From NCBI GenBank assembly GCA_027622665.1, contig JAQBYT010000042.1, forward strand, positions 1 through 33,429: DNA of 33,429 nucleotides, read 5' to 3'. The notes under the pieces are model-generated. The model ran no database searches. It was not told where the DNA came from and saw only the letters and a program-made list of their open reading frames with translations. Below, in pieces: positions 1-8,762 of the stretch. Made by a program: the position numbers and the translations under genes. Position 1 is the first letter of the stretch. Each line of letters starts with the position of its first letter. This DNA is from Verrucomicrobiota bacterium. GTDB taxonomy: Bacteria > Verrucomicrobiota > Verrucomicrobiia > Opitutales > Seribacteraceae.

Positions 1-107
1 ACAGGGCCAAAACCTCTCACACCGAATAAGGCGAAAAGAAAAATGTTTAACTTAGTGCAACGGCTCACGATTGGAATAATATCAATGGATTCGTACAAAC
101 AGTAAAG

Positions 108-1577
108 TCAAGCCAAGATGTCCTGCACGGGAGAAGCGTCCTCCACCCCGGTTAGGCGTTGCTGCAGGCCTTGGAAGGGAAAGGTAAAGCGATGGTTGTC
201 TATACCTAGGCAATGCATGATGGTGGCGTTGAGTTCGTTGAGGTGGACGGGGTCCTCCGTTATATTGTAGCTGAAGTCGTCGGTTTCCCCGTAGGTGGTT
301 CCCTCCTTGACGCCTCCACCGGCCATCCACATGCAGAAATTACGGGGATGGTGGTCGCGACCGTAGTTCTCTCGGGATAGCTTGCCTTGGCAATAGACGG
401 TGCGGCCGAACTCACCGCCGAAGACGACCAAAGTGTCCTCAAGGAGACCGCGTTGCTTGAGATCCTTGACGAGGGCCGCGGTCGGTTGGTCGACGTCCAT
501 ACATTGTCCCTTGATCAGCTTGGGCAAATTTCCGTGCTGGTCCCAGCCACGATGCAGAATCTGGACGGTGCGTACGCCTCGCTCGATCAAGCGTCGGGTG
601 AGAATGGCGGAATGAGCATAGGTGCCGGGTTTCTGCACGTTGGGCCCATACATCTCCAAGGTGGCCTTGCTTTCAGTGCCCAGGTCGGTCAACTCGGGCA
701 CGCTGCTCTGCATGCGAAAGGCCATTTCGTATTGGGATATCCGGGTCTGGGTCTCGGGATCGCCGAAGCGATCGAAAGTTTTTCGGTTGAGCTTGCCGAG
801 AGCATCCAGCATAGCCCGGCGGTCACTCGGGTCGACTCCCGGAGGGTTCTTTACGTAGAGGACGGGATCCCCGGTGCCGCGCAGAGCCACGCCATCATAC
901 TTGCTAGGGAGAAATCCGCTGCTCCACATGCGAGTGAACAAAGCTTGGGCCTGGCTGGCCTTGGGAAAGGTCGGCGTGAACACGATGAAAGCGGGCAAGT
1001 CCTGACTCTCACTGCCAAGGCCATAACTGATCCAGGAACCGAGGCTGGGTTTTCCCGGCACCTCACTGCCGGTCATGACGAAAGTGCAGGCAGGGTCGTG
1101 GTTGATGGCGTCGGTGTGGACCGACTTGATCATGGTAACGTCATCGGCGATGCCCTTCATGTGAGGTACCAGCTCGCTCATAAGGATACCTGATTTCCCA
1201 CAGCGCTCAAAAGAGAACTTACTCGGTGCCACGGGGAAGCGCTGTTGACCGCTAGTCATGGTGGTGATTCGCTGGTTATTGCGAACCGAGGCGGGCAAAT
1301 CCTTGTCGAAGAATTCCTGCATCTTCGGCTTGTAGTCGAAGAGATCCATCTGGGCGGGAGCCCCGTTCATGTGGAGGTAAATCAAGTTCTTCGCCTTCGG
1401 GGCAAAATGCGGAAACCCGGGAAGGGCCGGGTGCACTCCGCCGTCTACGGAGGGGTTGGTCGCGAAGGCTCGTTGGCCAAGGAGTGGGGCGAGGGCGATG
1501 CCACCGACCTTGAGACCGGCTCCCTGAAAGAAGCGGCGGCGTGTTTGCAATTGATGGTATTCGAGAGCAGCATTCAT
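108..1577 (-). CDS. DUF1501 family protein (PVC-type, alkaline-phosphatase/sulfatase-like fold), probable Tat substrate
   Basis: 489 aa. N-terminal TRRRFF twin-arginine-like motif; typical DUF1501 motifs [51 protein letters not shown]. Starts 7 nt after the stop of the cytochrome-c gene. Confidence 0.9.
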   Translation of the reverse strand: MNAALEYHQLQTRRRFFQGAGLKVGGIALAPLLGQRAFATNPSVDGGVHPALPGFPHFAPKAKNLIYLHMNGAPAQMDLFDYKPKMQEFFDKDLPASVRNNQRITTMTSGQQRFPVAPSKFSFERCGKSGILMSELVPHMKGIADDVTMIKSVHTDAINHDPACTFVMTGSEVPGKPSLGSWISYGLGSESQDLPAFIVFTPTFPKASQAQALFTRMWSSGFLPSKYDGVALRGTGDPVLYVKNPPGVDPSDRRAMLDALGKLNRKTFDRFGDPETQTRISQYEMAFRMQSSVPELTDLGTESKATLEMYGPNVQKPGTYAHSAILTRRLIERGVRTVQILHRGWDQHGNLPKLIKGQCMDVDQPTAALVKDLKQRGLLEDTLVVFGGEFGRTVYCQGKLSRENYGRDHHPRNFCMWMAGGGVKEGTTYGETDDFSYNITEDPVHLNELNATIMHCLGIDNHRFTFPFQGLQQRLTGVEDASPVQDILA

Positions 1578-1584
1578 GACGGCA

Positions 1585-4500
1585 TCAGTTCTTGTTCACC
1601 ACTTCGTCCAGATTGAGGAGAAGGTTGGCCACGAGAGTCCAAGGAGCGAGATCGCGCGGGAGAATTTCCTTGTCCGCGACACTTTCCCCATAGCTGATCA
1701 GTTTTTGAGCGGACTCCAAGTCATGGGAGTAACGTTCGTGATACATGTGCAAGACATCGAGTACGATCCGTGTTTCCCCTAGCTCGGGTCGACGGGAAGT
1801 CACGGCACGCCAAGCCCACTGGATACGTTCCTCGTCCTTAACTCCGCCTTCCTTGATGATGCGCTGGGCGAGGTTGCGGGCAGCCTCCACATGCTGAATG
1901 TCGTTCATCAACTGGAGGGCCTGCAGGGGGGTGTTGCTACGGCCGCGAACGGTGCAGCTCTGTTCACGGTTGGGAGCGTCAAAACTGGCCATGAAAGGAG
2001 CCGGCGCAGTGCGCTTTAGGAAAGTATAGAGACTGCGGCGATAGAGGTCGTCGCCCTTGCCCTGCTTGTAGTATCGGGTGTTACTGGACCCGAATCCGAC
2101 TGGTTCCCAGATATTGGGAGGTTGATAAGGCAAGACCCCTTTGCCGCCAATGGTCGGCACGAGCAATCCGCTGAGACTCAAAGCTTGGTCACGAATAATT
2201 TCGGCGTCCAACCGATGGCGCGTACCGCGAGCGAGGAGTCGGTTGTCGGGATCCTTTTCGAGCAAGTCGGATGTAACCTTGGAGCTTTGCCGATAGGCGT
2301 GACTGGTCAGGATGCGCTTCACGAAACGCTGCAGGTTCCAGTCGTCCTCGATGAAGCGCAAGGCGAGCCAGTCGAGGAGTTCGGGGTGACTGGGCAATTC
2401 GCCCTGGGTGCCGAAGTCGGCGCTGGTGCGAACCAGTCCCGTGCCGAAGAATTGTTGCCAAATGCGATTGACCGCCACCCGGGCAGTCAGGGGATGATCA
2501 TCGCGCACCAGCCAGTTGGCGAGGTCAAGACGGTTGTAATCTCGATCCTTGGGCTTCGCGGGCAGGGCAGGTAGAAAAGCGGGTACCGCGCGCAAAACCT
2601 TTTCTCCCGGATTGTCGTACTGGCCGCGTATCATGACGTAGCTTTGCCTGGCCTTCGGCAAATCGGCCATGACGAAGGTGATGGCTGTGTTCTTGTTGAC
2701 CTCGGCCTTCTTTCTCTCGAGGGCTTCTTTCTCCCGGGCCAAGGGTCCGAGCGTCTCGCCGGCCCCCGTGTAGACGTTGGCCAACCAATGATTACGCAAC
2801 AAGTCATCTTGCGACTTCGTCCACTTGGCGGGGGCTTTCCCCTTGAAACGCTTGCGCAGGTCATCCGTAAGTTCCTTGTTGCGGGCTCCCTCCCCCTGAC
2901 CTTTCCATGCCTTCCATGAAAAGGTCGGGTCCTTGGCCGGATCGGTGGTGGAAGCGATGCCGAAGTGATCCCAGACCATCTTACCGGAAAACTGCGTGAA
3001 GGCATAACCCGTCACCTTGTGACCGGGCTGGAGGCCCACCTTGGCGGCGGGAAACTCGAGGCGCACCCACTTGCCTTTCTCGGGCAACGGTCCCATGTCC
3101 ACCCGCTCGTGGGTATTCACCTTGCCCCAACCGATCTTCTCGTGAGCCCCCCAAACAGCGCGGTGCTTCCATCCGCCGACGAAGAATTGCACCATCACGG
3201 CCTCTGGTGGGTTATCCGGATCCAAGTAGCAATGAACGAAGAATTTTCCGCCCCGTGGTATAGCCAAGGGGGCTCCTTCCGAGAACACGTCCTGACCCGT
3301 TGCACTCTTAGCCGTGCGCGTGATGGCCCGCTTGCCGCTGAAGACCGGGCCCTGCTCCTTGGTGACGAATTCAAGCGGCGGACCGTTGACCTGAAGCTTG
3401 CCCTTTGGAAAGCCATCCTCGAACCACAAGGTTTCCTTGCGTTTGGGCTTTGGCAAAGGATCGAGCGAAGCAGGATCGACATACTTGATCTTGGTAACCT
3501 CGGTAGCAACCCGCTGGTTCACCTTGACGATTTCGGCATTGAGTTCGGCGAGACGTTTGTCGTCGCCGGGCCGAGGAACACGCAGAATGGGCGGGGTGTC
3601 TTTCTTGTTGCCGTCCATGGCGGGATCGGCAGCGCTGTGAAAGAACGAATAGAGGGAATAATACTCCTTGGTGGAAAGCGGATCGAACTTGTGGTCGTGG
3701 CAGACGGCGCATCCCGCAGTCAACCCCATCCAGACCTCCACCGCGGTCGAAGTGCGGTCGACGGCATAGCGGTAAATCCATTCCTCTTTGATACTGCCCC
3801 CTTCCCCTGTACTGACGTTGCAACGGTTGAATCCGGAAGCAATCCGCTGGTCGATCGTTGGTTCGGGCAGGAGATCACCAGCCAATTGCCAGCGGGTGAA
3901 CTCATCGAAAGGAAGGTTCTGGTTGAAAGCCCGCACGACCCAGTCACGGTAGGGCCACATGGAGCGTTCGTTGTCGAGGTGCAGGCCATGGGTGTCGGCG
4001 TAACGGGCGAGGTCCAACCAGTAGCGTGCCATATGCTCGCCATAGGTTTCGCGACCCATGAGATCGACGATCAGCTTGTCCCATGCCTGGGGCGACTTGT
4101 CCCCGAGGACGGCATCCACCTCGGCGAGCGTGGGCGGCAAACCGGTCAGGTCGAGATACAACCGACGTACCACGGTTTCCGGTTTTGCATATCCCGAAGG
4201 CTTCAGCCCTTCCTTTCGGAGACGATCCTGCAAAAAGGCATCAATGGGGTTATTCGTTCCGGCGACCTTGGGAATCTCCTGTTTTTGCGGAGCCTCAAAG
4301 GACCAATGCCCCTCGTACTGGGCGCCTTGTTCAATCCAACGCTTGAGCGCCTCCTTGTCGGTTGCGGTCAAAACCTTGTGAGACTTTTGGGGAGGCATGG
4401 CCTCGTCCTTGTCCTTCGAGATAATGCGGGCCCACAATTCGCTCTTTGCCAAGTCACCGGGAACGATGGCCCGGACACCATCGCGATCGGCCAAGGCCCC

Positions 4501-4671
4501 TTCCCTTTCGTCCAGACGCAGCTTGGCCTTCCGCTTCTTCGCGTCCTGACCATGGCAGGCGAAGCAATTCTCCGAAAGAATGGGCCGCACGTCGCGATTG
4601 AACCGAATGCCATCATCCGCCGCGAGGGACCACGGCAAAGCGACGGAAAAAGCCAGCATTCGAATTTTCAT
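1585..4671 (-). CDS. Planctomycete cytochrome c (PSCyt1) + DUF1549 (PSCyt2) + DUF1553 (PSD1) domain protein
   Basis: Signal peptide [18 protein letters not shown] (ATG at 4671; ORF track opens at TTG 4683). [83 protein letters not shown]. An extra domain of about 200 aa lies between DUF1549 and DUF1553. Confidence 0.93.
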   Translation of the reverse strand: MKIRMLAFSVALPWSLAADDGIRFNRDVRPILSENCFACHGQDAKKRKAKLRLDEREGALADRDGVRAIVPGDLAKSELWARIISKDKDEAMPPQKSHKVLTATDKEALKRWIEQGAQYEGHWSFEAPQKQEIPKVAGTNNPIDAFLQDRLRKEGLKPSGYAKPETVVRRLYLDLTGLPPTLAEVDAVLGDKSPQAWDKLIVDLMGRETYGEHMARYWLDLARYADTHGLHLDNERSMWPYRDWVVRAFNQNLPFDEFTRWQLAGDLLPEPTIDQRIASGFNRCNVSTGEGGSIKEEWIYRYAVDRTSTAVEVWMGLTAGCAVCHDHKFDPLSTKEYYSLYSFFHSAADPAMDGNKKDTPPILRVPRPGDDKRLAELNAEIVKVNQRVATEVTKIKYVDPASLDPLPKPKRKETLWFEDGFPKGKLQVNGPPLEFVTKEQGPVFSGKRAITRTAKSATGQDVFSEGAPLAIPRGGKFFVHCYLDPDNPPEAVMVQFFVGGWKHRAVWGAHEKIGWGKVNTHERVDMGPLPEKGKWVRLEFPAAKVGLQPGHKVTGYAFTQFSGKMVWDHFGIASTTDPAKDPTFSWKAWKGQGEGARNKELTDDLRKRFKGKAPAKWTKSQDDLLRNHWLANVYTGAGETLGPLAREKEALERKKAEVNKNTAITFVMADLPKARQSYVMIRGQYDNPGEKVLRAVPAFLPALPAKPKDRDYNRLDLANWLVRDDHPLTARVAVNRIWQQFFGTGLVRTSADFGTQGELPSHPELLDWLALRFIEDDWNLQRFVKRILTSHAYRQSSKVTSDLLEKDPDNRLLARGTRHRLDAEIIRDQALSLSGLLVPTIGGKGVLPYQPPNIWEPVGFGSSNTRYYKQGKGDDLYRRSLYTFLKRTAPAPFMASFDAPNREQSCTVRGRSNTPLQALQLMNDIQHVEAARNLAQRIIKEGGVKDEERIQWAWRAVTSRRPELGETRIVLDVLHMYHERYSHDLESAQKLISYGESVADKEILPRDLAPWTLVANLLLNLDEVVNKN

Positions 4672-4749
4672 ACCCAGAGGCAAAAGCAGAGTTGCGCCGA
4701 AGTCGCTACAAAATTACTCAGTCAGAGAGAAAGTTGAAAACGAGGACCG

Positions 4750-4817
4750 TTAGAACGTAGAGGTGTGGCACGGAGTGAGCGCAGCGAACGGAGTTGTCCA
4801 CTACCGACTGGTTATGA
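4750..4817 (-). repeat. attC site of cassette B (68 bp)
   Basis: Minus strand: R'' TCATAAC - CAGTC - L'' GGTAGTGG - ACAACTCCGTTCGCTGCGCTCACTCCGTG - L' CCACACC - TCTAC - R' GTTCTAA. L''/L' pair perfectly apart from one bulged base. Confidence 0.88.
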
Positions 4818-5372
4818 CATAGTCCACCGCAAGAATGTGAAGATAAAATACAACCAAACAATAATGCCGCTCATGATTAAAAACCAGATTGTTTTAAGAA
4901 CCCAAGGCTTTGGTTGCGGTTGGAGCAATACGGAGACCAACTTCGCTGCTCCTTCGTCTGATTCGATATGCGTATTAATGTTATCCCAAGTGTCCGGAGC
5001 AAAGTATAAGTAGTTAATGCTGATCTCTTTTTTGGGAATCAATTTTGGAAAGTAAATTTCCCTTCCACCTCCTGGAAGATCTCTAATTTCATGTTGAATA
5101 TCTGGGTAAACGTTGAAATCTGGCAGAAAATGGTGACCTAATCGAACATTCATTGCTGCTTTTCGACCAGGATTCTTAATTACAACGGAGTGAGTATTAA
5201 CAATAGCACCAGGCTTACCATCGGCTTGTGGTTTGAGACTATGTGAGGAAATGAAACCAAGGTGAGCGATTAACTTGGAACGCTTATCAATTAGATGATT
5301 AATCAACGCACCAAGAAAGAGCGTGACAACGGGCATGCCTACAGCAACAGCCAAATTCCAATCAATATTCAT
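4812..5372 (-). CDS. Cassette-borne hypothetical membrane protein (N- and C-terminal TM helices around a beta-rich soluble domain)
   Basis: 186 aa. Hydrophobic LAVAVGMPVVTLFLGALI and IWFLIMSGIIVWLYFIFTFL segments; low GC; stop codon inside attC R''. Confidence 0.85.
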   Translation of the reverse strand: MNIDWNLAVAVGMPVVTLFLGALINHLIDKRSKLIAHLGFISSHSLKPQADGKPGAIVNTHSVVIKNPGRKAAMNVRLGHHFLPDFNVYPDIQHEIRDLPGGGREIYFPKLIPKKEISINYLYFAPDTWDNINTHIESDEGAAKLVSVLLQPQPKPWVLKTIWFLIMSGIIVWLYFIFTFLRWTMS

Positions 5373-5381
5373 ATTTATTTT

Positions 5382-5447
5382 TTATAACGTAGAGATGTGG
5401 CACGGAGTGAGGCACGAACGGAGTTGCCCACTATGGACTGGTTAGCT
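5382..5447 (-). repeat. attC site of cassette A (66 bp)
   Basis: Minus strand: R'' AGCTAAC - CAGTC - L'' CATAGTGG - GCAACTCCGTTCGTGCCTCACTCCGTG - L' CCACATC - TCTAC - R' GTTATAA. Between the R boxes it differs from the 4750-4817 site by 4 substitutions and 2 single-base indels, including a compensatory G-C to A-T change in the L stem. Confidence 0.88.
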
Positions 5448-6044
5448 GCTTTCATTTTTTAGGGCGACTGCCAATTTGTTCATTGTGGAGATCATTACAT
5501 CTGGCCACTCGCAAGTTCCGGGGAAGTTCTTTGAGAAGATACTGGTTGATGTGCCTTTTCCCCAGCTGTTTCCATTTTCTGCTTTATTTCTTGGAACTGG
5601 ATATCTCCCTTTCCAAATGACAAATTCACTTAGTAGCTTTAGGAACTCTCTTTCCTCTTTTTCAATTTCGATGCTCAGACGATCAAAGAAAATATCAATT
5701 TGGTAACTTGGCCATTCGTTTGGGATTTTTGTGTCTTCGTAATTTTTCGTTCCGCTCTTTTTAATCCATATTGCTCGAAGGTAATTTTCGTATGCAAAAC
5801 CAACAAGGAGTAAAATCTGATCTTCCATGCTGTGGGCTGTATTTAGGAGGTGAGAGTCAGGATCTGTTGCTTTAAACTCGGTTTTAGTTTTGAGTTTCTC
5901 GTTGAGCTTTTTCCTATCATCCCAGAGTCTTTCTAGGAGAACTTTGGCTACTCCAAGTAAATTTGAACCTTTAAAAAGCCATGGATGGGGGGAGGAAAGG
6001 ACGTGTTCGAATTGCTGTAATCCGACTTGGTATCTTTTGTTCAT
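5442..6044 (-). CDS. Cassette-borne hypothetical protein, possibly HEPN-like
   Basis: 200 aa from ATG 6044; the TTG at 6062 straddles the cassette boundary. The pattern GFAYENYLRA ... WKGRYPVP resembles the HEPN 'ExxLKA...RYP' layout. Low GC; stop inside attC R''. Confidence 0.8.
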   Translation of the reverse strand: MNKRYQVGLQQFEHVLSSPHPWLFKGSNLLGVAKVLLERLWDDRKKLNEKLKTKTEFKATDPDSHLLNTAHSMEDQILLLVGFAYENYLRAIWIKKSGTKNYEDTKIPNEWPSYQIDIFFDRLSIEIEKEEREFLKLLSEFVIWKGRYPVPRNKAENGNSWGKGTSTSIFSKNFPGTCEWPDVMISTMNKLAVALKNESS

Positions 6045-6075
6045 TCGATTTTTAGCTAACAAAGGGATAAATCAT

Positions 6076-7497
6076 TCAATTCTCCCAGACATGGGATCCA
6101 TCAACCAATTCCTTGTAATGGGTTTCCAATCGCTGCTTCAATTCGGCCAGCTTAGCGGGATTCGACTTGGCCAAGTCCTCGCTTTCCCCAATGTCCTTTG
6201 AGACGTCGAAAACCTGAAAGTCGGACAAGGTGGCTCCCTTGATTTGGGCCACGTTGCGAGCGTCCACTTTATTCAGCTTCCCGATATCCAATTTCGCCAA
6301 CACTTTCCAATTGCCGTCCCGCATGGCGACACGGCGCCTGTTGAGGGCATTGTAATAGACCCAGACCAAGGGCTTTTTTCGAGTGATCGGCTTATTCTCC
6401 AAAGCGGGAAGGAAGCTTGCTCCGTCCAAGGCTAGGCCTTCCGGAGGCTTGGTTCCAGCCAGTTCGCAAAACGTGGGAAGGAAGTCCAGGGCCGAGACCG
6501 GTTGACTGATTACCTGTCCTGCCTTGATGCGGGCAGGCCAATGCATGATGCCCGCCACTCGAAAGCCCGCATCGGTCGTCCATAGCTTCATTCCCCGCAG
6601 AGGTTTCGGGCTACCAAAGGAACGACGTGAACCCCGACCGTAGCGAAGCAGGGTCTCGGGACCATTGTCGGATGTAAAGACGATCAGCGTATTTTCATCA
6701 AGCTTCATGGCGTTGAGGGCCTTCATCAATTTACCCACCGCCGCATCCAGATTGGTGACGTTGGCGAAGTAATGAGCTTGGTCAACGTTCTTGGCAACCC
6801 CCTCGTACTCATCGACCATCTTCTTCGGCGAAGCCACTGGCTCGTGGGGCTCGTGAAAGGCGACGTAGAGAAAGAACGGTTGGGCGGTATCCTTCGCCTG
6901 TTGTTTACTCAGCCAAGCCAATGCCTCGTCCATGACGAGCTGGCAACTGTACCCCTGCATCGGACCGACCGCTGTTCCGTTTCGGACGAAGTTGCGAGGG
7001 TTCTCATGGGACGGACTTGCATTGTTCTGAGTCCCGAACCAATGATCAAAACCAGCCGCGTCCGGCTGGGGTTGCTGAGGCGAATTGAACTTCCCATTGC
7101 AATGCCACTTGCCCGACATGCAGGTGGCGTATCCAGCCTTTTTCAAGAGTTGGGGAATGGTCACCTCGGATGCCCGCATATGCACAGACCGTCCCCCGGG
7201 TATCCAGTCATACACCCCCGCCCGATTCGGGCTGCGCCCAGTCAGCAAACCAACCCGAGAGGGTGAGCAAACCGGAGCCGTCGAGTAAAAGTCGGTGAAC
7301 CGGATTCCTCCCTTGGCCAACTGGTTGAGGTGAGGCGTCTTGATTTTCGGGTGCCCATAGCACTCGAGGTCCCCGTAGCCCAGATCATCGCAAAGAACGA
7401 CCACTATATTGGGCCTCTCCCTCTTGGCATAAACGGGAAGGCAGGCAAGAATGCCGCCGAGCAAAGCGACGACAAGAGATCGCATTGGAATTTTCAT
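6076..7497 (-). CDS. Arylsulfatase-family (S1, Cys-type) sulfatase
   Basis: Signal peptide from ATG 7497; PNIVVVLCDDLGYGD; FGly motif CSPSRVGLLTGR; GKWH; SDNG. Confidence 0.93.
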   Translation of the reverse strand: MKIPMRSLVVALLGGILACLPVYAKRERPNIVVVLCDDLGYGDLECYGHPKIKTPHLNQLAKGGIRFTDFYSTAPVCSPSRVGLLTGRSPNRAGVYDWIPGGRSVHMRASEVTIPQLLKKAGYATCMSGKWHCNGKFNSPQQPQPDAAGFDHWFGTQNNASPSHENPRNFVRNGTAVGPMQGYSCQLVMDEALAWLSKQQAKDTAQPFFLYVAFHEPHEPVASPKKMVDEYEGVAKNVDQAHYFANVTNLDAAVGKLMKALNAMKLDENTLIVFTSDNGPETLLRYGRGSRRSFGSPKPLRGMKLWTTDAGFRVAGIMHWPARIKAGQVISQPVSALDFLPTFCELAGTKPPEGLALDGASFLPALENKPITRKKPLVWVYYNALNRRRVAMRDGNWKVLAKLDIGKLNKVDARNVAQIKGATLSDFQVFDVSKDIGESEDLAKSNPAKLAELKQRLETHYKELVDGSHVWEN

Positions 7498-7732
7498 TCC
7501 CGAAAGCAAACGCAGAACGGGGAAAACGTCGCTACGAAATTTGCCGGGGCGCAAACTTTATTCGACATAACGACAAATGCCGATTCGTCTATTCCAAATG
7601 ATTTTTCGCTGGGTATCCTACCTTGCGAGTTTTTTCATTCCGACTGGGCATTGAAGAATTATCCTTGATTATCCCGCGATATTTTCAATGAATCGTTCTC
7701 CTTCACTAAACCACTGCAAACCTTTTTCCATT

Positions 7733-8737
7733 ATGACCCTAAGAAACAGATCCAAAGTCGAAATCGGCGTCGTCCCCACCCACCTCATGTTCATCGGGGC
7801 TCTCGCCCCGGACGAATCCGGCAAACTTCCACGCACCCGCTCCGGGGATCTCAAGATCGTATCCGGCATGCGCCTCCTTTGCCGAACCTCCCCAGTCAAA
7901 TTAAACAACGTTCAAATTACCTTGTTCCCGGGGACCGATGCCAAGGATTTGGATGAACTGTTCAAGGGAATGCGTTCCCTCAAGCTTCAAGTTCACCTGA
8001 TCATGATGGTCGGCGGAGCTAACCCGCTCAACCCGAAAGACGAAGACGCAGTCGCGGAGATGCTCAACTCCGGGCTTGCCGTGGCCAAAAAGCACAAGGT
8101 CAAGCACGTCTCTTCCACCTCCTTCGAGGAATGGCTGGCAGGCAAAAAGCTCAAGGGCAAGGCCTTCGACGACGCAGTCATGCAAGTGGTCAAGGTGCAT
8201 GCCCGATGCTACAAGGAATCCGGACTGGACAAGAGCACGATTGAGGCCTGGCACATGGAGTTCCTGCGCGGGGTCGAGTTCCAGAATTTCACCAATGCGG
8301 CCAAGGCAGCCACTGTGGTCAAGGCGATCAACAAGAAGATCAAGAAGAAGTTCTTCAAAGTCATGATCGACGCGGCCCACTGCGGGGACTCGGATCTTTC
8401 CATCGCCGAGAACGAAGCCGTCATCAAGGACCTCGCCAAGAACGACGCCCTCGGCATCTTCCACGCATCCGCCAAGACCACCCGCGGGTGCCTGAGCACC
8501 GATGACGGTTGGATCGGGGCCATGCTCGCCGCCTATGCGCCGACGGGCAAGTTAAAGCACGTCTTCGTCGAGCTTTTCCATCATCAGGACCCTGCCCTCG
8601 CTCCCCTGCGCAAGGCGGTGAAAGGACATGGTATCGACACTACCGACGGGCGTACCTACAATAAGACGGTGACCGACGGAATCATCGAAGTCACCCACCG
8701 CCTGAACAACCTAGCCGCACGGAAATTGCTGGTTTGA
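7733..8737 (+). CDS. Xylose-isomerase-like TIM-barrel protein (sugar phosphate isomerase/epimerase family)
   Basis: Metal-ligand pattern EFLRxxE ... DAAH ... H(AS) ... RG ... ELF. Strong GC3 codon bias from ATG 7733 (ORF track opens at 7688). Confidence 0.7.
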   Translation: MTLRNRSKVEIGVVPTHLMFIGALAPDESGKLPRTRSGDLKIVSGMRLLCRTSPVKLNNVQITLFPGTDAKDLDELFKGMRSLKLQVHLIMMVGGANPLNPKDEDAVAEMLNSGLAVAKKHKVKHVSSTSFEEWLAGKKLKGKAFDDAVMQVVKVHARCYKESGLDKSTIEAWHMEFLRGVEFQNFTNAAKAATVVKAINKKIKKKFFKVMIDAAHCGDSDLSIAENEAVIKDLAKNDALGIFHASAKTTRGCLSTDDGWIGAMLAAYAPTGKLKHVFVELFHHQDPALAPLRKAVKGHGIDTTDGRTYNKTVTDGIIEVTHRLNNLAARKLLV

Positions 8738-8762
8738 TCCAACGCATCACCCCAAAGGGCCG

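Larger units (their letters stand above)
4750..6060 (-). mobile_element. Integron gene-cassette array lacking an integrase (CALIN-like): cassette A 6059-5388, cassette B 5387-4756
   Basis: Two attC sites. Each cassette begins at G|TT (GTTAGCT at 6060-6054; GTTATAA at 5388-5382), complementary to its own R'' box (AGCTAAC, perfect; TCATAAC, one mismatch). Both ATGs are 16 nt after the crossover G and both TAA stops lie inside R''. GC is visibly lower than the flanks (two sampled 60-nt lines 33% GC vs 67% in a flanking line). Confidence 0.88.

Noticed and set aside
387..1193. 268-aa + strand ORF and the many other short overlapping ORFs (e.g. 23325-24161, 20948-21682, 29546-30160, 31042-31641)
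   Set aside because: Antisense or alternate-frame shadows of motif-supported genes.
2965..4737. 590-aa ORF on the + strand
   Set aside because: Antisense shadow of the well-supported PSD1/cytochrome gene; no recognisable motifs. Such shadows are common with high GC3.
4750..5447. The two ~67-bp repeats as a CRISPR array or IS ends
   Set aside because: The spacer is a whole gene, the repeats are direct and have R/L box structure, and there are no cas or transposase genes. attC fits better.
6060..6075. A genuine attI site with a resident integron
   Set aside because: No intI or promoter space nearby and only 15 nt to the sulfatase stop. It cannot be fully excluded because attI sites are poorly conserved.
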